Source: Trichormus sp. ATA11-4-KO1
GTDB lineage: Bacteria > Cyanobacteriota > Cyanobacteriia > Cyanobacteriales > Nostocaceae
Length of the DNA stretch: 64,000 bases
Direction: 5' to 3'
Assembly (NCBI GenBank): GCA_019358915.1
Contig: JAHHIM010000010.1
Span: forward strand, 1-64,000
In this document: piece after piece, positions 11,670 to 20,500 of the stretch
How positions within the stretch are numbered: position 1 is the first letter of the stretch
Layout: every line of letters begins with the position of its first letter
Position numbers and translations under genes: made by a program
Notes under the pieces: generated by a model
The model's database searches: none
The model's input: the letters and a program-made list of their open reading frames with translations, nothing else
What the model was told of the DNA's origin: nothing

Positions 11670-12359
11670 ATGCTATCTGCAATTCTCTTTGACTTAGACG
11701 GCACTATCGTCAATACTGACCCTATACATTTCCAAGCTTGGCAGAAAATGCTGTTAAGTTACGGGATGGAAATTGATGAAACATTCTACAAATCCCGGAT
11801 TAGTGGCGGGTTAAACCCGGAAATCGTCAAAGATATTTTGCCACAATTATCAGTAGCTGAAGGTCAAAAATTTGCAGATGAAAAAGAGGCACTTTTTCGC
11901 CAACTCGCCCCGGGTCTCCAGCCGTTACCTGGATTTGCGGAATTAATCGCATGGACAGAAACACATCAGCTAAAACGTGCTTTAGTAACAAATGCTCCTA
12001 GATTAAATGCAGCATTTATGCTAGAGGTTTTAGGAATAAAAGAAGCATTCCACACAATTGTGTTAGCAGACGATTGTACCGCAGGTAAACCCGACCCTGA
12101 ACCATATCAAGTTGCTTTGAATAACTTGGGAATTAACGCAGAACAAGCGATCGCCTTAGAAGATTCTCCCTCTGGTATTCGGGCAGCCGTCGGTGCTAAT
12201 ATTCGCACTATTGGTATAGCTTCCACCCATGAGCCACAAATATTGCAGCAAATTGGCTCATTGATGGCAATTCCCGATTTTACTGATTTGCAGTTGTGGG
12301 CATTTCTAAATTCTTTGATAGATTCAGATTTAAGTGCGATCGGCAAAGCCGCGCCGTAG
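11670..12359 (+). CDS. HAD-superfamily phosphatase (beta-PGM/CbbY-like)
   Basis: FDLDGT, VTNA, GKPDPEPY, LEDSPSG motifs. Confidence 0.92.
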   Translation: MLSAILFDLDGTIVNTDPIHFQAWQKMLLSYGMEIDETFYKSRISGGLNPEIVKDILPQLSVAEGQKFADEKEALFRQLAPGLQPLPGFAELIAWTETHQLKRALVTNAPRLNAAFMLEVLGIKEAFHTIVLADDCTAGKPDPEPYQVALNNLGINAEQAIALEDSPSGIRAAVGANIRTIGIASTHEPQILQQIGSLMAIPDFTDLQLWAFLNSLIDSDLSAIGKAAP

Positions 12360-12663
12360 GCGATCGCACCTAAATTTGAGTTTAAATCTGGCAGCAATCT
12401 CAATGACTGTGTGCAGACAGGGAGCATCCCTATTTTTTTCCAAAACCCAACACACAGCCTTCATTATACCAAACTTAAAGAAGGAAGAAGTCTTCTTCCT
12501 TCTGACTTGAAAGTGCTGAGTGCGCTTGTCCTGAGCGAAGTCGAAGGGGAGTACTGAGTGCTGAGTAAAAATTCCAGTCTCTAGCTTCTAGTCTCTCTTT
12601 CATACTTGGCTGTGAAACTCGTTTCATCGGAACTTCCCTCTGACTTCGTTAAAGTATTGAGCT

Positions 12664-13764
12664 TCACAAATTCAAAGGAGCGTAGATATCCTCAGAATGG
12701 GGATTGAGGTAAGGACGTTGTAATTCAATTTGCTGCTTCGAGAAATGTTGCAGAATTGCTGTCATCCGACTTTCTGGTGTATCGTTATCTTGATGCCAAA
12801 CCTCAAGCAAAGCATTGGCAATAATTTGACAGCGATTCAGACCAAAACTTTCTCGGTCAGTAAATTTGCTATTTGGTTCTTCAGCCAGAGCTAAACCTGG
12901 TGCTAGCAATTTGGTAAACAAAGGTACTGATTCGCCAAAATGGGATTGATTTTCTGTATACACCCTTTCTAATACTGGGTGAACAGTTTCATAGTTGTGT
13001 TTGTCAAAATAAAGTACTGCGGAGTCGCAACGTCCATAATCTGAGGGATTATATAATGCTTTAAATGTGAAGGGAATTGATAGAGCGTTGAGTTGAGTGG
13101 TTAAACTGTCCATGACAGCAACTGACCCATCTGGGGTTAAATTAAAGTAAATACGCACTATCTCCTGGTCACCATGAGCGGCTGCATCACCAATTGCCAT
13201 ATAAAATCCACTCTGCACCACATTTTTGGGCATTTTGATCGCCACTAAATCACCAACATTCACAGCTTGGTCTTCTGGTTGTAAGTGAACTTCGCGCTCA
13301 ATGTGCAATGTCAAGCCATTCTTATGCACTGCTAAAGCGCCATCTGTTTCTTCTTTCACCACTAGCCAATCGTAGCTCAAGTAGCCTTTACCTCTGTTGC
13401 TGTTATGCAAGCGATCATAAAAAGCTACATCTACGCCCAAAAAGCTGTTATTTTCTAGACTTTGGCTCAATGCTACATCTGTTGTCTCTTCATCTGATAT
13501 GAGAGTATGTTTCAAAGAACCGTTGTAGTAGACTCCATACAAAAAACTACGCAGTTGCAGACCTAAATACTTATTTTGGAGATCCAATGGCAATTTTTTA
13601 AAGCGGGAAATTGCCTGCTCTGACATCTCTAAGGTTTTATAATCTGGATGCTTAATACAATGGTAAGACTCGATTTCAATCTTATAAATAATGTCTTGTA
13701 GTGATGTCTGCAATGGCTCTGGAATACTGGCTAGTTGAGTTTGTAGCGCATCTAATAGTTGCAT
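12664..13764 (-). CDS. HopA1-family protein; LanY/LxmY-like phospho-Ser/Thr lyase subunit
   Basis: Motifs VRIYFNL, FTFKAL, GRCDSAVLY, GLALAEEP, ESFGLNRC; directly downstream of an APH-family kinase gene. Confidence 0.8.
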   Translation of the reverse strand: MQLLDALQTQLASIPEPLQTSLQDIIYKIEIESYHCIKHPDYKTLEMSEQAISRFKKLPLDLQNKYLGLQLRSFLYGVYYNGSLKHTLISDEETTDVALSQSLENNSFLGVDVAFYDRLHNSNRGKGYLSYDWLVVKEETDGALAVHKNGLTLHIEREVHLQPEDQAVNVGDLVAIKMPKNVVQSGFYMAIGDAAAHGDQEIVRIYFNLTPDGSVAVMDSLTTQLNALSIPFTFKALYNPSDYGRCDSAVLYFDKHNYETVHPVLERVYTENQSHFGESVPLFTKLLAPGLALAEEPNSKFTDRESFGLNRCQIIANALLEVWHQDNDTPESRMTAILQHFSKQQIELQRPYLNPHSEDIYAPLNL

Positions 13765-13886
13765 AAGAGCTTACCTATGAATAAGAGAGTGTAATGGGGA
13801 ATGGGGAGTGGGGAATGGGAAATAGGAAGAGACAAGATTGGCTGAAAGGTGCTTTGTATTTCAGCCAACTTTGCTGCTCTAGTTTT

Positions 13887-15065
13887 TTAAGCGCGTGATA
13901 ACTTTGTGGGAACTAAATCTGATGTTTCCATACCAAAAATCGTTGGGATGGATGCGTCTGGACGGCATAATAAACTTTTGGCAACCTGGAGCATTGAGAT
14001 ACCAGGATTACCAAAGGTTTTTTCGTGCTGGAGTGTTGCTTGAATTGATTGAATCAAGGCTAGACCACAAAATTGCACTACTCGTTGTAAAAAATCAGGA
14101 CGCTGCTCTAGAATTTCCGGGAATTCAGCTAAATAAGCGGTAACTAGTGCAGAAATCGAAGGACGGAGTGATTGTAGTGGGGTTGTAGCTAGGCGTAAAG
14201 ATTCTTCGATCGCCATTCCTCTACCGACGACTACACTGTATAACCATAATTGCAGGTAGCTGGCAAGCAATGCGCCTAAGTCAATCGCGGGATCTCCCCA
14301 TGAACAGCGTTCCCAGTCAATTAAGCGAATGATGCTTTCGTCTGCGAAAGATCCATTTACATTCACTTCTTCCCAATTTAAGGAAATGAGAATATTGTTT
14401 AGCTTCATGTCATTATGGGTCAAACAGTGGGGAGTGTAAGCACTACCCAACTCTGCGATCGCCTGACCCAAACTGTCATAACGTTGATAAAGAGCAAAGA
14501 ATTTCAACCCATCAGCAGGAACACTACCAAAAATTTCTGGGGTAATTCTATCGATGCGATGATTTAGTTTTGCAGCTTCTTGACTTGATGTATCCTGAGA
14601 ATTTTGCCAGTATTCCCGATACTCAGGACGTTGGATACTGACGCGATGCATTGATGCCAAAGTAGTTCCAACTATTGTGGCAATCTTTGTGGGAAAAACG
14701 TTCTCTTTTGTATAGAAATCCGCTACATCGCGATAGTTACTAAGATAATTGAAAATAATGATGGAGTTTTCAACGTCAAAATGCACTGCTTCTGAAATAG
14801 AAGCGCGCAAATAGCTAATTTCTGGATTTTTTTGCAAAAACTCGTGAATTCGCCATTCTTGCACAAATTCACCGGCAGTTTTTCCTTCTCGATTGTGACG
14901 CTCTTGCTTAACTAGAAGTTGGCGATCGTCAGGTAAGCTGAGTAACAAGTTAAAATTTTTGGCAGGTTTTAGTTCAATCTTGCTCGATAAACGTTCTTCT
15001 TGCGTACACAGTCCCAGGGGGATTAGGTAGTCAAAAACATTCTGGTCACTTAATAAAAATGGCAT
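13887..15065 (-). CDS. APH-family phosphotransferase; LanK/LxmK-like peptide Ser/Thr kinase
   Basis: LLVKQE (ATP lysine), Brenner motif THNDMKLNNILI, IDWE metal-binding loop, GDPAIDLG. Confidence 0.85.
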   Translation of the reverse strand: MPFLLSDQNVFDYLIPLGLCTQEERLSSKIELKPAKNFNLLLSLPDDRQLLVKQERHNREGKTAGEFVQEWRIHEFLQKNPEISYLRASISEAVHFDVENSIIIFNYLSNYRDVADFYTKENVFPTKIATIVGTTLASMHRVSIQRPEYREYWQNSQDTSSQEAAKLNHRIDRITPEIFGSVPADGLKFFALYQRYDSLGQAIAELGSAYTPHCLTHNDMKLNNILISLNWEEVNVNGSFADESIIRLIDWERCSWGDPAIDLGALLASYLQLWLYSVVVGRGMAIEESLRLATTPLQSLRPSISALVTAYLAEFPEILEQRPDFLQRVVQFCGLALIQSIQATLQHEKTFGNPGISMLQVAKSLLCRPDASIPTIFGMETSDLVPTKLSRA

Positions 15066-15176
15066 GGCTTCAGATACTTCTTAGTAAAGTAAAAACTTGT
15101 TGTTGGTCAATCAGGAAACTGTAAAACCACAGGAATGCTATCCAAGCATTGATTGCACACAACATCTTATTAGTCA

Positions 15177-15461
15177 TCATGTCAATTGGTGATTCAACAA
15201 TAAAGAAGGGACAAACAGATAAGATGAATAATCAAATTGGGCAGCAGCAAATGACTGTGCTAGCGACACAATGCTGTAAATTCCAAATGCCGATAACACA
15301 AAATCAAGGAGCGTATAAGCAAAGTTAAGAAATTGATGGAACCCATAGTGATATGCATAGTTAGTACCACCATGTACAGACAGAGAATACATATCAGTTA
15401 TTTCGATCAAAAAGCTTTCTGAGTCAGTAGGTTGCAGTTCAGAAATTATTATTTTTGCCAT
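15177..15461 (-). CDS. Divergent RiPP precursor-like peptide (GG leader)
   Basis: Leader MAKIIISEL...DSESFLIEI...VHGG; core retains the xFGIxxxxxLAxSF pattern of the neighbours. Confidence 0.7.
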   Translation of the reverse strand: MAKIIISELQPTDSESFLIEITDMYSLSVHGGTNYAYHYGFHQFLNFAYTLLDFVLSAFGIYSIVSLAQSFAAAQFDYSSYLFVPSLLLNHQLT

Positions 15462-15740
15462 TTATTTAATTTCTACACAAATTCTTGAGCAATTAGTCAA
15501 TGTCAGATAAATTCAGTCATTGACATGAAAAATTTGTGAATTTCCTTCTTTCTCTTGACCTGCTTTCTCTGTTTACTCAGCGTTAGCCAGTTTCAGAAAC
15601 CTCTCTTCCAAACGGCTTGCTGTCTCACTACTGCTCATCTACATCTCAAAAAAGTAATTTCCCAACTCAAATAAGATTGCTATAGATTACTTCTTACCTT
15701 AATCTAAGAAGCGCCATTTAACTCAGTAGTTAACTAAAAA

Positions 15741-15977
15741 CTAGTATCGACGATATGGATAGGGTGCACTATATGACTTGGCTACATAAGTAGCATGACC
15801 AATGCCATATGTTGTTACAAATGCCCCAGTCAATGCGGTAAATAAAAAGCCGCCGACAACAGCATATTCATCCCTAGACAGAGAGTCTGCGTCACTGAGT
15901 TCATTGAGAAAACTTTCAGAATCTTGAAACAGTGTAGAACCAGTAGTGTATAGTTGAGAAAGGGTAATATTTGCCAT
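15741..15977 (-). CDS. RiPP precursor peptide (variant with shifted GG)
   Basis: Leader LFQDSESFLNELSD, GG after DEYAVV, core YGIGHATYVAKSYS; AGGAG RBS. Confidence 0.8.
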   Translation of the reverse strand: MANITLSQLYTTGSTLFQDSESFLNELSDADSLSRDEYAVVGGFLFTALTGAFVTTYGIGHATYVAKSYSAPYPYRRY

Positions 15978-16116
15978 AATTTACTCCTAAAAGACTTGTT
16001 GTAATTTCTGGCTCTCAGGGATTATTGGTAATTAAGACACCTGATGTTAAATGCAAAGATGACTTTTTACTTTTCATCCCCAAAGAGCCATTTATCTCAG
16101 TAGTTACCTAGAAGAA

Positions 16117-16380
16117 TTAGTAGATTCCAGCTACACTGAATGACTTAGCTAAGTAGGTCACATGCTCAATGCCATATGTATAGACATAGGCTTCAGCTAG
16201 CTTAGTCAGTGTCATAGGATTGCTAGCAGCGTAGGTAGCACCTGTAGCTACGGTAGCACCGTAACCAATTTGACCACCAGAGATAGAATCTACATCGCTC
16301 AGTTCATTCAAGAAACTTTCGGAATCTTGAAACAATTCAGAACCAGCAGCGTGTAATTCAGAAAGAGTGATATTTGCCAT
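16117..16380 (-). CDS. RiPP precursor peptide (GG leader)
   Basis: Leader MANITLSELHAAGSELFQDSESFLNELSDVDSISGG; AGGAG RBS; paralogous to neighbours. Confidence 0.88.
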   Translation of the reverse strand: MANITLSELHAAGSELFQDSESFLNELSDVDSISGGQIGYGATVATGATYAASNPMTLTKLAEAYVYTYGIEHVTYLAKSFSVAGIY

Positions 16381-16551
16381 GATGTACTCCTAAAAGACTT
16401 GTGAAGACTTGTTTCAGTGAAAATTGAGAGAGTTGAATTTGCCTGGCTCTCAGGGATTATTGGTAATTAAGACACCTGATGTTAAATGCAAAGATGACTT
16501 TTTACTTTTCATCCCCAAAGAGCCATTTATCTCAGTAGTTACCTAGAAGAA

Positions 16552-16809
16552 TTAGTAGATTCCAGCTACACTGAATGACTTAGCTAAGTAGGTCACATGC
16601 TCAATGCTATATACATAGACAAAGGCTTCAGCCAGCTTAGTCAGTGTTAAATTATTGCTGACAGCAGCTTGAGTAGCAGCAGTAGCACCGTAGCCAATTT
16701 GACCACCAGAGATAGAATCTACATCGCTCAGTTCATTCAAAAAACTTTCAGAATCTTGAAACAATTCAGAACCAGCAGCGTGTAGTTGAGATAGAGTGAT
16801 ATTTGCCAT
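16552..16809 (-). CDS. RiPP precursor peptide (GG leader)
   Basis: Same leader and conserved TLTKLAEAF...HVTYLAKSFS segment. Confidence 0.88.
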   Translation of the reverse strand: MANITLSQLHAAGSELFQDSESFLNELSDVDSISGGQIGYGATAATQAAVSNNLTLTKLAEAFVYVYSIEHVTYLAKSFSVAGIY

Positions 16810-16986
16810 GATGTACTCCTAAAAGACTTGTGAGACTTGTTTGTTGCAGTCAAGACCAAGATGGTGTCTAGCCGACTCTCAGGGATTATTGGTAATCAAG
16901 ACACCTGATGTTGATACATAGGTAAATTGTTACTTTTAATCCCTGAAGAGCCATCAATCTCAGTAGCTACCCGGAGTCGTCATCAT

Positions 16987-17238
16987 TTATTGGGGCGCAC
17001 TAAATGACTTGGCTAAGTAGGTAACGTGACCAATGCCATACACATAAACAAAAGCTTCAGCTAGCTTAGTTAATGTCTTAGGATCGCTAACAGCGACTTG
17101 AGCGGCAGTGACACCACCAAAGCCAAGTTGACCACCAGAGATGGAATCTACATCGCTGAGTTCATTAAGAAAACTTTCTGAATCTTGGAAAAGTTCAGAA
17201 CCAGCAGCATGTAGTTCAGACAGTGTAATATTTGCCAT
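16987..17238 (-). CDS. RiPP precursor peptide (GG leader)
   Basis: Same leader and conserved C-terminal segment. Confidence 0.88.
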   Translation of the reverse strand: MANITLSELHAAGSELFQDSESFLNELSDVDSISGGQLGFGGVTAAQVAVSDPKTLTKLAEAFVYVYGIGHVTYLAKSFSAPQ

Positions 17239-17399
17239 GATGTACTCCTAAAAGACTTGTTGTAATGAAACTGAAGATTGCTCAGTTTAGCTAGACCTCA
17301 GGGATTATTGGTGATAACAAAAGTTTTTGTTCATCGTATAGATGACTTTTTACCTTTAATCCCTGGCAAACCATCAAGCACAGTAGTGACCCAGAACCA

Positions 17400-17645
17400 T
17401 TAAATTCCAGTTACACTGAATGATTTGGCTAACACCGTAACGTGACCAATGGCATAGATATTGACAAAAGCCCCAGCTAACTTAGTCAGTGTCGCAGGAT
17501 TGCTGACACCGACTTGAGTGGCGCCGTAGCCGATTTGTCCACCAGAGATGGAATCTACATCACTGAGTTCATTAAGAAAACTTTCAGAATCTTGGAAAAG
17601 CTCAGAACCAGCTGCGTGTAGTTCAGACAGTGTAATATTTGCCAT
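17400..17645 (-). CDS. RiPP precursor peptide (GG leader)
   Basis: Same leader and conserved C-terminal segment. Confidence 0.88.
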   Translation of the reverse strand: MANITLSELHAAGSELFQDSESFLNELSDVDSISGGQIGYGATQVGVSNPATLTKLAGAFVNIYAIGHVTVLAKSFSVTGI

Positions 17646-17818
17646 GATTTACTCCTAAAGGACTTGACTTGTCCCAATTAAGCAATTCAATTCAAAATTG
17701 TTCAACCCGCCCGGCTCTTAGGGATTATTGGTAATAAAAACTTTATGTTATTGGTTACATAAAATAGTTTTACCTTTCATCCCTGAAGAGCCATCTAGCT
17801 CCTAGTTACCTGAAGCCA

Positions 17819-18070
17819 TTAGTATGCGTAACTGAATGACTTAGCTAAGTAGGTGACATGCCCGATGCTATATGTAAAGACAAAGGCTTCAGCTAGCTTA
17901 GTCAGTGTGGAAATATCGCTGACACCTTCGTAGCCAGCAGCACCGGTATAACCGTAGGTGCTACCACCAGAAATGGAATCTACATCACTTAGTTCATTGA
18001 GAAAACTCTCAGAATCGTGAAACAATTCAGAACCAGTAGCGTGTAGTTCAGAGAGTGCAATCTTTGCCAT
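17819..18070 (-). CDS. RiPP precursor peptide (GG leader), first of the tandem run
   Basis: Near-identical leader, conserved C-terminal segment, GAGGAG RBS. Confidence 0.88.
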   Translation of the reverse strand: MAKIALSELHATGSELFHDSESFLNELSDVDSISGGSTYGYTGAAGYEGVSDISTLTKLAEAFVFTYSIGHVTYLAKSFSYAY

Positions 18071-18341
18071 ATAAGCTCCTCAAGCATTGTTGCTAGTAAA
18101 TAAAACTGGTGAACAATTAAGCTGTGTTTTGCTTAACTGTTACTGCTATTTTTATTTATCAAAAATCAGAAAGTCAAGACTAGAAACCTGGTTAAAAAGA
18201 CATATATGACTGATTTGTGTCTTACTGAAACTGTAGTTTTAGTCTAATGCTTTAGCGATACACGGTTTTTAGAGAGTCTGCCTAAGCTTACGGTACGCTT
18301 TCAATTGCCAGGGATTTCTCAAGTTGATAATTACTACAAAA

Positions 18342-18381
18342 ATCGTGCATTCTCAAGCTAGTTAGATTGAGAATGCACGAT
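18342..18381 (-). terminator. Intrinsic terminator-like hairpin after the 18407-18667 gene
   Basis: 15-bp perfect stem ATCGTGCATTCTCAA/TTGAGAATGCACGAT followed by a T run on the minus strand. Confidence 0.7.
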
Positions 18382-18406
18382 ACTAAAATATAAATTTAAG
18401 TAGAAT

Positions 18407-18667
18407 TCAGAGCAAATCTAATTCCTCACTAACTCGATTGCGAGTGAGAGAAAGTGTTTCATCAATTTGTGACCTTAAACTAAATAGAAACCCATTTAAA
18501 TTTTGATCAAATGTGTCTACTAAAGATTGTTCATTGATATTGGATGTATTTGGTGATACTATGCTTCCTTGACCGCCTTCTATTATCTTCATTTCTCCAT
18601 TGGTTATTTCATTCAAAGGCTGTTCTTTATTACTTGGATACAAATCAGCAATTTTTATCTTTGCCAT
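18407..18667 (-). CDS. GG-leader peptide with an unrelated, acidic core
   Basis: MAKIKIADL...LNEITNGEMKIIEGG leader; GGGAG RBS. Confidence 0.65.
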   Translation of the reverse strand: MAKIKIADLYPSNKEQPLNEITNGEMKIIEGGQGSIVSPNTSNINEQSLVDTFDQNLNGFLFSLRSQIDETLSLTRNRVSEELDLL

Positions 18668-19172
18668 GTCATTAACTCCCTAAATACTTACGATGAAATT
18701 TAACTAGCACGACTTTGAATATGATTAAGCTTCAAATCTAAAATCTCTCTTCTATTTTGCAATTTAATTTTAAAAAGTCAATGGTTTCAACCATTTTTAT
18801 AGACAAAATTAAAGGATTTATGTCTTGAAAAGAAATGATTTTTTAGATCGCCCACAGACTAGAAGTCTGGGGCTACACATAGGAGCGATAGCTTCGCTAA
18901 CGCGGAGGTGGCGTAAAGCCCTACGGGCATGGCTGCGCTTAAAGCCATAGCGTGCCGGAGGCTCTTTTCCAATCGCCCGGTGTTTTTGCAAAGGATGTAA
19001 AAAAAATTGTAGGTTGGGTTGAACGCGAAACCCAACCTTGTATCTTATACGGAGAGTATTGTTAGGTAGTGGGTTACGGCTACCCCTAAAGCTCTCTACA
19101 AATTTTCTAGGTGAATAAAATATTGCGATCGCACAGCGAAATTATAATCACTATATATTCTGGCTGACACTG

Positions 19173-19880
19173 ATGCGACCCTATCACCAAATCCCTATCC
19201 TTGAATGCGGTGAACTACTTGTGCCGATTCCTTTAGAATTATTTGCGGTGGAATCTCCCCATCCTTATGAAAAACTTGGTGCGCCTTATGGGGAACATTC
19301 TCCTTATTATCTGCGCCAAAGTGTGGTTGACAATTTAATTCAAGCCCAAAATTATCTGCAACAACTGCATTCTCATTGGTACATCCAAATTTTTGATGCC
19401 TATCGCCCCGTGGCTGTACAACAGTTCATGGTAGATTACAGTTTTTCCCAAGCGTTACAGCAGCAGAAATTGACTGAGGCTGAGTTATCACCAAACCAAC
19501 GCCAAGAGATTTGGGAAGCAGTTTATGAAATTTGGGCTGTACCAAGTTTGGATGAAAAAACTCCGCCGCCGCACAGTACGGGTGCAGCCGTAGATGTGAC
19601 GCTGGTTGATGAGGCTGGGGAAATAGTAAATATGGGTTCGCCGATTGATGAATTGTCAGAGCGATCGCATCCCGATTACTATGCCAATAGTGACCAGCCA
19701 AAAGCACAACAATATCATGCCCATCGTTTGTTGTTATGTGATGTCATGTTAAAAGCTGGGTTTCAACGTAACCCTAGAGAATGGTGGCATTTTTCCTATG
19801 GTGATCAAATGTGGGCTTGGTTACATAATCAAGCCCATCCAGCTAATTCCTTTACAGCACGTTATGGGCGTTTGGTATAG
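19173..19880 (+). CDS. D-Ala-D-Ala dipeptidase (M15D, VanX/DdpX family)
   Basis: FDAYRP, HSTGAAVDVTL, EWWHFSYGD motifs. Confidence 0.92.
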   Translation: MRPYHQIPILECGELLVPIPLELFAVESPHPYEKLGAPYGEHSPYYLRQSVVDNLIQAQNYLQQLHSHWYIQIFDAYRPVAVQQFMVDYSFSQALQQQKLTEAELSPNQRQEIWEAVYEIWAVPSLDEKTPPPHSTGAAVDVTLVDEAGEIVNMGSPIDELSERSHPDYYANSDQPKAQQYHAHRLLLCDVMLKAGFQRNPREWWHFSYGDQMWAWLHNQAHPANSFTARYGRLV

Positions 19881-19888
19881 GTGCATGA

Positions 19889-20365
19889 CTACGCATCTTC
19901 TGGATTTAGCTGTCTTAATTCATCGGTAGTGTATGTACCAATGGGACTCCAAACCAGATAGGGAATGAGTAACAGCGCCGCTAATGTAGAAATTGGCAAA
20001 ACGCAGATTGTCAGCACAATGCCTGAAATCAAACCAATTAACCCAATAACTTCCCCGGCTTTGAGACTGCGAAACCTCAACATGAGAGGTATATAGGCAA
20101 TGGTGATTATTTCTACTAGCAAGTAGAAACCCATCAATAACCAAGTGATTAAGCCTCCTGGATTTTTCTGCCAGACAATGTTAGCTGAAGCAGCACCGCA
20201 GATAAAAATCACAGTCCAAATCAATGGGATAAACGGCTCAAAGACTAACCATTGGGGACGACTTAGCTGTGCAAACCACTTCACATCGCGAGGTGTGATG
20301 AAGAAACTACCAATCGCCACTAAAAAAGTTATAGATCCAATTACCATCCAAGAGGGAATCATCAT
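19889..20365 (-). CDS. tspO: TspO/MBR tryptophan-rich sensory protein (paralog 2)
   Basis: WF..L.RP.W, IWTVIF, LLIPYLVW motifs; five TM helices. Confidence 0.9.
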   Translation of the reverse strand: MMIPSWMVIGSITFLVAIGSFFITPRDVKWFAQLSRPQWLVFEPFIPLIWTVIFICGAASANIVWQKNPGGLITWLLMGFYLLVEIITIAYIPLMLRFRSLKAGEVIGLIGLISGIVLTICVLPISTLAALLLIPYLVWSPIGTYTTDELRQLNPEDA

Positions 20366-20452
20366 TCAATCCTTGCCCCTGTATTTTGTTAACTTTGACA
20401 TTGCCAGTTTGACAATTGAGGGCATGAGTTAAATCACTCGATGGTTTGAATC

Positions 20453-20490
20453 TTAAGCATCTTGAGGGTTGAGGCTAATCATCTGTCAAG
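20453..20490 (-). pseudogene. Duplicated 3' end of tspO (att-like remnant encoding QMISLNPQDA-stop)
   Basis: TTAAGCATCTTGAGGGTTGAGGCTAATCATCTGTCAAG vs TTAAGCATCTTGAGGATTGAGGCTAATCATTTGCCAGG at 37183. Confidence 0.85.
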
Positions 20491-20500
20491 GTTTCAGATT

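Larger units (their letters stand above)
16010..17792 (-). repeat. Five copies of an ~80-nt intergenic stem-loop (16010-16089, 16445-16524, 16874-16952, 17294-17372, 17713-17792)
   Basis: Each spacer between precursor genes has CAGGGATTATTGGT...TTAC(T/C)TTT(A/C)ATCCC with outer GGCTCT/AGAGCC arms (outer arms degenerate in the 17294 copy). Confidence 0.8.

Noticed and set aside
12664..13764. HopA1 as a type III secretion effector
   Set aside because: No T3SS genes in the window; pairing with an APH kinase and GG-leader peptides fits RiPP maturation
12664..18667. Calling the cluster a class V lanthipeptide
   Set aside because: No Cys in any precursor and no cyclase or decarboxylase gene in the locus
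19173..19880. D-Ala-D-Ala dipeptidase as a RiPP protease or immunity gene
   Set aside because: Opposite strand, separated by repeats, and a common cyanobacterial gene; only proximity links it
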